Origin: an uncultured Coriobacteriaceae bacterium
GTDB lineage: Bacteria > Actinomycetota > Coriobacteriia > Coriobacteriales > UMGS124
Assembly (NCBI GenBank): GCA_964619775.1
Contig: CAZUFB010000001.1
Coordinates: 13,847-77,846 of the forward strand
Direction of reading: 5' to 3'
Length of the DNA: 64,000 nucleotides
Translations under genes and position numbers: made by a program
Notes under the pieces: model-generated
Told to the model about the DNA's origin: nothing
Database searches by the model: none
Seen by the model: the letters and a program-made list of their open reading frames with translations, nothing else
Shown: positions 1 through 8,491 of the stretch, in pieces
How positions within the stretch are numbered: position 1 is the first letter of the stretch
Layout of the letters: every line of letters starts with the position of its first letter

Positions 1-397
1 GTTTGCGGTACGACGCGGGGGCATCCGGGCCGGCGGGTGCTTCGTCTGCGCCCAGAGTTCCCTGTGCCTCGGCCGGGCCGGCGTTCGGGGTGCGTCGCCT
101 GCGGGCGTCGAGGTAGGCAAGGGCGACGGCGACGGCGTGCTTGCACATGCCGTCTTCACCGCGCGGGCCGCCGCAGGGGCAGCCGAACGAGACGATGCGG
201 CCCGCCTCGTGGTCGAACGAGACGTGCACGCCGGTCACGGTCCGCCCGCGGTCGACCACCGTGCCGGTGACGCCCGTTCGTCCCGCCCCATCCGGCTCGG
301 CATGCCAGGACGAGACCGCACCGTCGGCGACCAGGCCCTCCCCGCGATAGAACGACCGCCGCGAGGCGGCGTCCAACACCATGGCGTCCGTCGACAT
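1..397 (-). CDS. SWIM zinc-finger domain protein, 5' part only (gene runs off the window start)
   Basis: Not in the ORF track because no stop is reached. My translation of the minus strand starts at the ATG at 397-395, with AAGGAG 5 nt upstream. It reads MSTDAMVLDAASRRSFYRGEG...IVSFGCPCGGPRGEDGMCKHAVAVALAYLDARRR. CxC-x9-CxH fits the SWIM zinc-finger pattern. Confidence 0.5.
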   Translation of the reverse strand, partial: MSTDAMVLDAASRRSFYRGEGLVADGAVSSWHAEPDGAGRTGVTGTVVDRGRTVTGVHVSFDHEAGRIVSFGCPCGGPRGEDGMCKHAVAVALAYLDARRRRTPNAGPAEAQGTLGADEAPAGPDAPASYRK

Positions 398-647
398 GGG
401 GGCTCCTTCCGCGCACATGCGCCGCCGGCCCGTGCGCCGGGCGCAAGACGCCTGCAGCAGTCCAATGAATCGCCGCGCGGAGCGCGTGGGGGCGACGCGT
501 ACAAGGGATGCGCGGACCCGGCCGCAACGCCGCGCGGCGTTTTTTGTGGAATGCCCTATTGTAGCGTCTCGCGCCCGAAAGGCCGCCCCTGCCGCCTGCG
601 TCCGCAAGCCCGCCACGCGCGGACGCAGACGGCCGGTGCCGGAGGGC

Positions 648-1361
648 CTACAGGTCGCGCCGCTCGTAGAGGCGCACCGACACCAGCGCGCTGGCGACGA
701 GCACGGCGATGGACAGCGCCGCCAGAGTCGCCGAGGCCGCGGCGAGCGAGCTCGACCGTCCGAGCTTCTCGATGACCGCGAGGAGCGCGGCGTCGCCGCC
801 TTCTCCGAATAGCGAGAGGGCGAAGAACGGCAGCATGCCCACTACGAGTATGGCGAAGGGAAGGTACTGCGTCGCCTTGCTTGCGCCGAGGCGGAAGAAG
901 AACGGCGCGGCGACCCCGAGGACGCCCGACCCGGCGAGGAAGAAGAAGGGCGTCAGCAGCTGCAGGACCGCAAGCCCCTGCGCATCTGCGAACAGCCCGT
1001 CGACGGAGGAGATCCCCGCAAGGTCGCAGAGGGCGAGCTCCGCCGCGGCCAAAGCCGCGCCCAGCGCCATGCCGCCGAGCCCCGCAAGCACGATGAAAAG
1101 ATAGCGCGCGACGACGATGGCGCGCCGCGAGAGGGGCAGGGCGAGCCGGAAGGAGCCCCAGCCGTTCGTCTCATCCTGCGTCCCCAGCGTGACCGTGCAC
1201 GAGAAAAAGAACGTGAGCGAGAGCACCCCGGGCAGCATGGGAAACGCCTGAGTCGCGGCACTCAGCAGCCCGCATATAAGGATGCCCAGCATCGCGATCT
1301 GGCCTATGTAGGACCTGTGGACCTCGAACTCGCACCTCAACGCCCGCAGCACTGTCGTCAT
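648..1361 (-). CDS. Polytopic membrane protein, probable ABC-2-type exporter permease
   Basis: 237 aa with about 6 hydrophobic segments by eye. The start MTTVLRAL (ATG 1361-1359) overlaps the stop of the upstream ATPase gene as ATGA. The 5' extension to 1418 in the track is rejected. Confidence 0.6.
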   Translation of the reverse strand: MTTVLRALRCEFEVHRSYIGQIAMLGILICGLLSAATQAFPMLPGVLSLTFFFSCTVTLGTQDETNGWGSFRLALPLSRRAIVVARYLFIVLAGLGGMALGAALAAAELALCDLAGISSVDGLFADAQGLAVLQLLTPFFFLAGSGVLGVAAPFFFRLGASKATQYLPFAILVVGMLPFFALSLFGEGGDAALLAVIEKLGRSSSLAAASATLAALSIAVLVASALVSVRLYERRDL

Positions 1362-2305
1362 CGCCGTTCCCCTTTCAGCTCGAACTCCATATACTCGCCG
1401 ACGGACATGCGGTCGCACGCGATGCCGGGCAACGCCCGCGCGAAGGCGTAGCGGTCGGGGACGAGCACGTTGTAGCTCAGTTCACGGCGGATGAAGAGCA
1501 GCGGCTCTCCGCCCAGGACGCCGCTCTCCGCGACGGCGTCGAGGTCGCGCGCACGGCAGCGGGCGACGCCCATCCGGTCGCAGATGTCGTCCTTGGCGCG
1601 TTCGAACACGACGCGGCCGGCGTCGATGCACGCCACGGTGTCGGCGAGCTTCTCGAGGTCGTCCGTTATATGGCTTGCCATGAGGATGGCGTGGGCGTCG
1701 TCCTCCATGAACGCGCGCAGGATGTCGAGCACCTCGTCGCGCGCCAAGGGGTCGAGGCCGGCCGTCGCCTCGTCGAGGACGAGCAGCCGGGCCCCGTGCG
1801 ACAGCGCGCAGGCGAGCGACAGCTTCATGCCCATGCCGCGCGACAGTTCCCTGACGCGCTTGCCTTGCGGCAGCCCGAAGCGCTCGGAGAGCCGGGCGAA
1901 CTCGTCGGGCTGCCAGGCGTCGCCGAAGCAGGCGCGCATGACGCGGCCGACGGACGACACCCGGCATCCCTGCGGCAGCGCCACGGAGTCGAACACGACG
2001 CCGATCTGCGCCTTGACGGCCTCGGCCGGGCTGCACGACAGGTCGCGGGGGCTGCATCCCAAGACGCGCGCCTCGCCCGCATCCACCGCGACGAGGCCCA
2101 GAAGAGCCTTGATGGTCGTGGACTTGCCGGCCCCGTTGCGCCCCACCAGGCCCACGACGCTTCCGGCCTCGACGGTCAGGGATACGTCCTGCAGCGCAAA
2201 GCCGCCGTAGCGTTTGCCCAGGCCGCGCGCCTCCACGAGCGCCCCGGCGTCCCATCCGTCCCCGTAGGTGTTCGGCGCGCCGTGCGCGCCGCGTCGGTTT
2301 TTCAT
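1358..2305 (-). CDS. ABC transporter ATP-binding protein
   Basis: Walker A GRNGAGKST, signature ELSRGMGMKLS and Walker B LLVLDEATAGLD. The start MKNRRG (ATG 2305-2303) overlaps the GntR stop (ATGA). The 495-aa track ORF is an artefactual upstream extension. Confidence 0.85.
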   Translation of the reverse strand: MKNRRGAHGAPNTYGDGWDAGALVEARGLGKRYGGFALQDVSLTVEAGSVVGLVGRNGAGKSTTIKALLGLVAVDAGEARVLGCSPRDLSCSPAEAVKAQIGVVFDSVALPQGCRVSSVGRVMRACFGDAWQPDEFARLSERFGLPQGKRVRELSRGMGMKLSLACALSHGARLLVLDEATAGLDPLARDEVLDILRAFMEDDAHAILMASHITDDLEKLADTVACIDAGRVVFERAKDDICDRMGVARCRARDLDAVAESGVLGGEPLLFIRRELSYNVLVPDRYAFARALPGIACDRMSVGEYMEFELKGERR

Positions 2306-2682
2306 CGGTCGTCTCCTCCCAGTTGGAGTTCGAACATCTCGACCAGCTCCGCGTCGCCGAGCCCTATCTCGCGCCCCTCGCGCACGGCGCGAGACATGAG
2401 GGCCTCGACGGAGCGCAGGCGTTCCTCGCGCATGAGTTCGAGATTGCCGCCCGCGACGAAGCAGCCCTTGCCCTGCACGGTCTCGATGAAGCCTTGGGCC
2501 TCGAGGTCCGCGTAGGCTCGCTTGGTGGTGATGACGCTCACGCGCAGGCTGTTGGCGAGCGCCCTGATGGAGGGCAGGCGCTGGCCCTCTTCGAGCTCTC
2601 CGGACAGGATGAGGCCCTTGACCTGCGTGGCGATCTGCTCGTAGATGGGCTTGTCGCTCGAGTTGGAGATGGTCAGTTCCAC
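2302..2682 (-). CDS. GntR-family (YtrA-subfamily-like, short) transcriptional regulator
   Basis: Winged-HTH LPSIRALANSLRVSVITTKRAYADLEAQGFIETVQGKGCFV. Only 126 aa when started at GTG 2682-2680 (VELTISNSSDKPIYEQI), which has AAGGGG upstream. It is translationally coupled to the ABC ATPase and permease, the classic YtrA arrangement. Confidence 0.8.
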   Translation of the reverse strand: MELTISNSSDKPIYEQIATQVKGLILSGELEEGQRLPSIRALANSLRVSVITTKRAYADLEAQGFIETVQGKGCFVAGGNLELMREERLRSVEALMSRAVREGREIGLGDAELVEMFELQLGGDDR

Positions 2683-2769
2683 AGACTTGCCCCTTTGTGC
2701 CTTCAGCGCCCCGGCGCAGGCGTCCCCGCGCGAGGCATGTCCGCCGCGGCGTCCCACGGTGGACATAAT

Positions 2770-2808
2770 GTATATATACGACATATACAGTATACTCACC
2801 CATATACA
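2770..2808. promoter_or_regulatory. AT-rich operator/promoter-like block in the divergent GntR-operon / pcrA intergenic region
   Basis: Perfect palindromes GTATATATAC (2770-2779) and AGTATACT (2789-2796), plus two further ATATAC copies (2783-2788, 2802-2807). This is the lowest-GC stretch of the region and includes a TATACT -10-like box at 2791-2796. Confidence 0.45.
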
Positions 2809-2953
2809 CAACGCAAGAGGAAAGACGAATCCACAAGGGATGCATGGGGATACGGCGTTTGCGCGAATCGAAGCGCGGAAAGCCCCTCGGGAGCCGGGCG
2901 GCGCTAGACTGATGCCCTCACGCACCGAGAACCGCCGTCGGAAGGCCGCACCC

Positions 2954-5455
2954 ATGCCCATCGACATCGACTCCCTCAACCCTGCCCAGCGCCAGGCCGT
3001 GCTGGCCACCGAAGGGCCGCTGCTCGTGCTGGCCGGCGCCGGCAGCGGCAAGACGCGCGTGCTCACCTACCGCATCGCGCACCTGGTCGAGGATCTGGGC
3101 GTCCCGCCGTGGCAGGTCCTCGCCATCACGTTCACCAACAAGGCGGCCCGCGAGATGCGCGAGCGCCTCGACGCCCTCATGGACGGCCGCCCCACGCGGG
3201 GTATGTGGGTCTGCACGTTCCACGCCATGTGCGTCCGCATGCTGCGCATCGACGGAGAGCGGCTCGGCTACACCGGCAACTTCACGATCTACGACGACGA
3301 CGACTCGAAGCGCCTGGTGAAGTCCATCCTCAACGACCTGAACGTCGACGAGAAGCGCTTTCCGGTCAACTCGGTGCGCGCGCGCATCTCCGAGGCCAAA
3401 AACGAGCTTGCCACGCCCGACGACCTGCTCGCCGAGGCCAAGACGCCGCCCGAGGAGGTGGCCGCCAAGGTCTACGTCGAGCTGCAGCGCCGCCTCAGGC
3501 GCGCCAACGCGATGGACTTCGACGACCTGCTCGTCAACGCCCACCGGCTCCTGAGCGACAACCCCGACGTGCTCGACCAGTACCAGGAGCGCTTCCGCTA
3601 CATCTCGGTCGACGAGTACCAGGACACCAACCACGCCCAGTACGCCGTCTGCCGTCTTCTGGCCGCCAAGCACCGAAACCTCATGGTGGTGGGCGACGAC
3701 GACCAGTCCATCTATTCATGGCGCGGCGCCGACATCCGCAACATCCTCGACTTCGAGAAGGACTATCCCGCGGCCCGGACCGTCAAGCTCGAGCAGAACT
3801 ACCGCTCCACCGGCCACATCCTCGACGCGGCCAACGCCGTGGTGGCCCACAACAGCGAGCGCAAGGCCAAGCGCCTGTTCACCGACGCGGGGGACGGGGA
3901 GCGCATCAGGCTGTGCCTCAAGCGCGACGAGCTGGCTGAGGCGAACTACATAGCCGGCGAGATAAAGGGCCTGCACGACAGGGGCGTGCCCTTCTCCGAC
4001 ATGGCGGTGTTCTACCGCACCAACGCCCAGTCGCGCGTGCTCGAGGACGGCCTGGTCAAGGCTGGCATCCCTTACGGCATCGTGGGCGGGACGCGCTTCT
4101 TCGACCGCACCGAGATCCGCGACCTCACCGCCTACCTCAAGCTTGCGGTGAACCCGGCCGACGACGTGTCGGCCCGCCGCGTCGTCAACAAGCCGGCGCG
4201 CGGCATCGGCGCCACGACCCAGGAGCGCATAGGCCGCCTCGCCGAGAGCCGGGGCATCTCGTTCTTCGAGGCCGCCGCTGCCTACGTGGTGGAGGAACCC
4301 GGCGTGTCGGCGCGCACCCGCAACGGCATCGTGCGCTTCCTGCAGGTGGTGGGCGACTCCCAGGCCTGCGAGGGCGACCTGGCCGACGTCGTGGAGTTCA
4401 TCGCCGACAAAAGCGGGCTCATCGACGCGCTGCAGGCCGAGAACACCGACGAGGCGCGCGACCGCGTGGAGAACATCCGCGAGTTCTTCGGCGTGGTCAA
4501 GGAGTACGTCGCCAACCACGAGCCTGCCGAGGACCTGCTCAGCAACGACGAGGTCATGGGGGGCGCGGAGACGTCCGGGGGCGCCCTTGAGACGGCGCCC
4601 GACGGAGCGGGCGGCAGGGCCTTCGTCGCCGGCGACGCCTTGGACGACGACGGGCCTGTGGCGGGCGACCTCAACCTCCCAGGCTTCATGGAGTGGCTCG
4701 CCCTGCGCACCGACCTCGACGCGGCGGGCGAGGGCGGTCCGGCCGTGACCCTCATGACCGTCCACGCGGCCAAGGGGCTCGAGTTCGACACGGTGTTCGT
4801 GGCCGGCATGGAGGAGGGGATCTTTCCCCACGTGTTCGACTTCAACATCGACGAGTCCAAAATCGAGGAGGAGCGACGCCTCGCCTACGTCGCCATCACG
4901 CGCGCCCGCCGGCGGCTCTACCTGTGCCACGCCGAGGCGCGTCGCCTCTACGGCGAGGTGCAGCACAACCGCCGTTCGCGCTTCATCGACGAGATCCCGC
5001 CCGAGCACACGGTGGGCGTTGGCGTGGGCAGCGAAGGCTTCGACGGCATGGGCTACGACCGGCGCGGCAGCCGCCACGGCATCGGCGGCGCGGGCCACGG
5101 CGTGGAGGTGTACGGCGGCAGCGTGTTCGGCAACCGAACGCGTTCGAGCGGTTCCGCGCGGGCGTCGTCGGCAGGCCGGTCGGCGGCGGAGTTCTTCGGG
5201 TCGGCGCTCGAAGGCGGGCCTGGCCCGGCTCGGGGCGGCGCGGCGGGATCCCCGGCGTTTGGGAGCGGCGTGGGAGCGCGCTGCGCCCCCAAGGCGTCGG
5301 AGGGCTTTGCGCCGGGCGACCGCGTGAACCACAAGAAGTTCGGCATGGGGACGGTGACGGCCTGCAAGGGAGACCAAATCACCGTTCATTTGGACAGCGG
5401 TGCGACGAAAACGCTGCTCAAAGGTTATGCGCCGATTGTAAAGATAAAGTCGTAA
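2954..5455 (+). CDS. pcrA: ATP-dependent DNA helicase PcrA/UvrD (SF1)
   Basis: MPIDIDSLNPAQRQAVLATEGPLLVLAGAGSGKTRVLTYRIAHL (motif I). Also VDEYQDTN, VGDDDQSIYSWRGA, the C-terminal ITRARRRLYL, and a terminal Tudor-like VNHKKFGMGTV...KIKS. GGAAGG RBS lies 9 nt before ATG 2954; an alternative ATG is at 2912. Confidence 0.9.
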   Translation: MPIDIDSLNPAQRQAVLATEGPLLVLAGAGSGKTRVLTYRIAHLVEDLGVPPWQVLAITFTNKAAREMRERLDALMDGRPTRGMWVCTFHAMCVRMLRIDGERLGYTGNFTIYDDDDSKRLVKSILNDLNVDEKRFPVNSVRARISEAKNELATPDDLLAEAKTPPEEVAAKVYVELQRRLRRANAMDFDDLLVNAHRLLSDNPDVLDQYQERFRYISVDEYQDTNHAQYAVCRLLAAKHRNLMVVGDDDQSIYSWRGADIRNILDFEKDYPAARTVKLEQNYRSTGHILDAANAVVAHNSERKAKRLFTDAGDGERIRLCLKRDELAEANYIAGEIKGLHDRGVPFSDMAVFYRTNAQSRVLEDGLVKAGIPYGIVGGTRFFDRTEIRDLTAYLKLAVNPADDVSARRVVNKPARGIGATTQERIGRLAESRGISFFEAAAAYVVEEPGVSARTRNGIVRFLQVVGDSQACEGDLADVVEFIADKSGLIDALQAENTDEARDRVENIREFFGVVKEYVANHEPAEDLLSNDEVMGGAETSGGALETAPDGAGGRAFVAGDALDDDGPVAGDLNLPGFMEWLALRTDLDAAGEGGPAVTLMTVHAAKGLEFDTVFVAGMEEGIFPHVFDFNIDESKIEEERRLAYVAITRARRRLYLCHAEARRLYGEVQHNRRSRFIDEIPPEHTVGVGVGSEGFDGMGYDRRGSRHGIGGAGHGVEVYGGSVFGNRTRSSGSARASSAGRSAAEFFGSALEGGPGPARGGAAGSPAFGSGVGARCAPKASEGFAPGDRVNHKKFGMGTVTACKGDQITVHLDSGATKTLLKGYAPIVKIKS

Positions 5456-5615
5456 GGCAAGGGTTAGGGCCGGTTTCCCGGCGGTTTGGTCAAAGGTTGG
5501 CAGAATCGAAGCGGACAGTGCGCGGCGGCCGCACGCCGGGACGCCCTGGTTGCGGCAGGTTGTAGGCGGGTACGGGACGACGGGAAGGCGGTCGGGACGC
5601 GTGGCTCAGGAGACG

Positions 5616-6917
5616 ATGCGCGCACGGGGCGGGGAGTTGGGGCGAAGAAGCGGTCCCGATGCGCGCGAGTACGTGCGCCTCGGGCTAATCGGCGTGATTC
5701 TTACCGGCGGCGCGGCGGCCTGCTGGGCCCTGCGCTGGTGGGTCGCCGCGGTGCCGCTCACCCTGCTCGCCGTTGTGTTCTGGGGCGGTTGCTATGCGGT
5801 GGGCGCGCTGGTCGCCCGCTTCATCGTGGCTCCAAAGCCTTCCAAGGTCGCCGAGGCGTCCGGCGGGAAGGAGGGCGGCGCCGTGCGCCGCGCGGTGGCG
5901 GACCTGGGAGCCGTGCTGTTCGCCGCGCGCGACGCGGCGGCGGAGCGCGCCGAGCGCGCCGTGCTCGCCGAACGCGGGCTCGACCCCGACAACCCCGACG
6001 AGCGCTTGACCGACCGCGCCGTGGGCCCGATGCTCGCGCTGCTGCCGCCCGCCGACGGGGCCTTTGCCCGCGGGATGGACGCGGCGGTGCGCGCCCGCCT
6101 GCTCGACGCGCGCCTGGCGGAGCGAGCGCGCACCGCGGAGTGGCTGCGGGGCGCCGCCGGCTGGGAGCTCGTGGGCATCGACGCCGAGGACGGCACGCCC
6201 CTCGCCGGACACGTGCTGCGCACGCGCCCCGAGGGCGGCAGATGGGTCCTGCTTGCGCACGGCTACCGGGGCACCTGGCGCGAGACCATCGAGTATGCGC
6301 GGCGTTGGGCCCAGGCGGGCTACAACCTGCTCGCGGTGGAACAGCGGGCGCACGGCCGCAGCGGCGGGCGTTTTACGGGCATGGGCTGGCTCGAGCGGCG
6401 CGACGTCGTTGCGTGGTGCCGCTGGCTGGCCGCGGGCGGCACGCCGTGCACCGAGGTCGTGCTGCACGGCCACTCGATGGGGGCTGCGACGGTGGCGATC
6501 GCCTCGGCCGAGGTCGACCTGCCCGCCTGCGTGCGCGCCGCGGTGGTGGATTGCGCGTTCTCCTCGGCGTGGGAGGCCTTCACCGTGTCGCTCGACAGCC
6601 TGGGCATTCCGGCGCGCCCCTCGCTCGACCTCATGCGCCTCTACCTGCTCACCAAGCGCGGCGGCTACGACGTCCTCAAGGCCGACGCCGGGCGCGCCCT
6701 GGCCGAGCCGGGCCTGCCGGTGCTGTTTGTCCACGGCGAGGACGACCCCCTCGTGCCGGTCGCGATGACCCGGGCCCTTTACGACGGGGCCGCGCGCACG
6801 AAGCGCATACTGCTCGTCCCCGGTGCCGGCCACTGCCAGTCCGTCCTGGCCGACGGCGACGGCTATTTCGAGGCGGTGCTGGGGTTTGTAGAGGAATGCC
6901 GCGGTGCGCGAAGGTAG
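5616..6917 (+). CDS. Membrane-anchored alpha/beta hydrolase (serine hydrolase)
   Basis: Two N-terminal hydrophobic helices, then LLAHGYRGTW, the nucleophile elbow GHSMGA, FVHGEDDPLVP and PGAGHCQ. AGGAG RBS precedes ATG 5616. Confidence 0.75.
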   Translation: MRARGGELGRRSGPDAREYVRLGLIGVILTGGAAACWALRWWVAAVPLTLLAVVFWGGCYAVGALVARFIVAPKPSKVAEASGGKEGGAVRRAVADLGAVLFAARDAAAERAERAVLAERGLDPDNPDERLTDRAVGPMLALLPPADGAFARGMDAAVRARLLDARLAERARTAEWLRGAAGWELVGIDAEDGTPLAGHVLRTRPEGGRWVLLAHGYRGTWRETIEYARRWAQAGYNLLAVEQRAHGRSGGRFTGMGWLERRDVVAWCRWLAAGGTPCTEVVLHGHSMGAATVAIASAEVDLPACVRAAVVDCAFSSAWEAFTVSLDSLGIPARPSLDLMRLYLLTKRGGYDVLKADAGRALAEPGLPVLFVHGEDDPLVPVAMTRALYDGAARTKRILLVPGAGHCQSVLADGDGYFEAVLGFVEECRGARR

Positions 6918-6941
6918 CGCGCAACACTGCCGGCGTCGCGG

Positions 6942-7310
6942 TCAGAGCATCCTCTGCGCTTCGAGCAGGTCGAACTCCTCGGCGTCGGCGACCTCCCACT
7001 GGCAGGCGGCCATGTCGATTCGCCCGTCGGGTCGGAACCGCACGCCTTCCTCCTCGAGCAGCCGGCGTTGCGCCTCGGGGCCGCCGAACGCGAAGCCCGT
7101 GCAGGTGCCGCCGTCCTTGAACACGACGCGGTGGCAGGGGACGGCCCCGCCGACGGCGACCGGGTCGGGGTTGGCGTGCAGCGCGAAGCCTACGAACCGC
7201 GCCGAGCGCGGGTGACCGGCCAGCCGTGCCACCTGGCCGTAGCTCGCCACCTTGCCGCGCGGTATCGCGCGCACGATGCGGTAGAACTCCGCGAACAACC
7301 CCGTCGCCAT
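6942..7310 (-). CDS. MGMT-family protein (methylated-DNA--protein-cysteine methyltransferase DNA-binding/active-site domain only)
   Basis: 122 aa. IPRGKVASYGQVA...GHPRSARFVG and the active-site-like PCHRVV motif. Confidence 0.75.
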   Translation of the reverse strand: MATGLFAEFYRIVRAIPRGKVASYGQVARLAGHPRSARFVGFALHANPDPVAVGGAVPCHRVVFKDGGTCTGFAFGGPEAQRRLLEEEGVRFRPDGRIDMAACQWEVADAEEFDLLEAQRML

Positions 7311-7498
7311 GACGTCCGGCCTTTCTGGCGCTTGCCCATTTGCTGTTGATTATAGCCCTGTCGACTGCGCCGGGGCACCGCGCTGCCTCGTCGCAGTAGA
7401 ATCACCGGCAAGCCTGTATAGAGGGAGCGCACCGGCGTCGGGGGGCGGCAAAAGACTCCCCCGTCGTGCGGCGCGACGCTGAAAAAGGAGAAGCATCG

Positions 7499-8431
7499 AT
7501 GAGCAAGGTCCTCGTGTTCGGCCACAAAAACCCTGACAACGACGCCGTCATGTCGGCCGTCGTGCTCGCGCAACTTGCGAACGCCCTCGACCCGGCCAAC
7601 GAATACGTCGCCTGCCGGTTGGGCGGCCTGCCCGGCGAGTCCAAGGCGCTGCTCGAGAAGCACGGCGTCGCCGAGCCGCAGCTCCTGGAGCGCATCGAGG
7701 CGTGCGACGAGAGGCAGAAGGTCGTCCTGACCGACCACAACGAGCTTTCGCAGACCGTCGACGGCATCGAGAACGCCGAGATCGTGGCCGTCGTCGACCA
7801 CCACCGCATCGCCGACGTCTCCACCGCCCAGCCAATCGCGTTCGTCAACCTGCCCTGGGGGTCGAGCTGCACGGTCATCGCCAAGCTCTTCGAAGCCACC
7901 GGCACCGATATGAGCGACGTCCAGGCCGCGCTGTTGCTCTCTGCCATGATGACCGACACCGTGATGCTCAAGTCGCCCACCACCACCGACGTCGACCGTG
8001 CCGTCGCCGCGCAGCTCGGCGAGCGCCTGGGCGTCGACCCGGTCGCCTACGGCGCGCAGGTGTTCAAGAGCCGTGGCGCCGACGGTTTCACCCCCGAGCA
8101 GATGGTCTCGCGCGATATCAAGCGCTTCGAGATCGGCGGCAAGGCGGTCTACATCGGCCAGTACGAGACCGTGAACAAGGAGCCCGTGCTGGAGCAGTCC
8201 GCCGAGCTGCTCGAGGCTATGGAAGCCTACCGCGCGACCAACGGCGGCGACACCCTCGTGCTGTTGGTGACCGACATCATCGAGGAGGGCTCGCAGGTCT
8301 TCGTCTGCGGCGACGCGGAGATCGCCGAGAAGGGCCTGGGCATCGAGGCGTTGCCCGGCGGCGTGTGGATGCCGGGCGTGCTCTCGCGCAAGAAGCAGGT
8401 CGCCGCCCCGCTTATCGAGGCCGCCGAGTAG
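7499..8431 (+). CDS. ppaC: Manganese-dependent inorganic pyrophosphatase, family II (DHH)
   Basis: MSKVLVFGHKNPDNDAVMSAVV, LTDHNE and VVDHHRIADV. 310 aa, with AAAGGAG RBS before ATG 7499. Confidence 0.9.
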   Translation: MSKVLVFGHKNPDNDAVMSAVVLAQLANALDPANEYVACRLGGLPGESKALLEKHGVAEPQLLERIEACDERQKVVLTDHNELSQTVDGIENAEIVAVVDHHRIADVSTAQPIAFVNLPWGSSCTVIAKLFEATGTDMSDVQAALLLSAMMTDTVMLKSPTTTDVDRAVAAQLGERLGVDPVAYGAQVFKSRGADGFTPEQMVSRDIKRFEIGGKAVYIGQYETVNKEPVLEQSAELLEAMEAYRATNGGDTLVLLVTDIIEEGSQVFVCGDAEIAEKGLGIEALPGGVWMPGVLSRKKQVAAPLIEAAE

Positions 8432-8436
8432 CCTCG

Positions 8437-8483
8437 GGGCGCGGCGGTGCGGGGCGTTCCCGCCGCGGCCCTTTCGCGCGTTT
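8437..8483 (+). terminator. Hairpin between convergent ppaC and the LuxR gene
   Basis: An 8-bp stem, a 1-nt bulge and 3 further bp: GGGCGCGGCGG / CCGCCGCGGCCC. 12-nt loop, followed by an interrupted T-run CTTTCGCGCGTTT. Confidence 0.4.
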
Positions 8484-8491
8484 AGGGCGGC

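Noticed and set aside
527-547. Palindrome ACGCCGCGCGGCGT followed by TTTTT on the plus strand, which looks like a terminator.
   Set aside because: No credible plus-strand gene or promoter lies upstream. For the neighbouring minus-strand genes the T-run is on the wrong side, and the effective stem is only about 5 bp. Possibly fortuitous.
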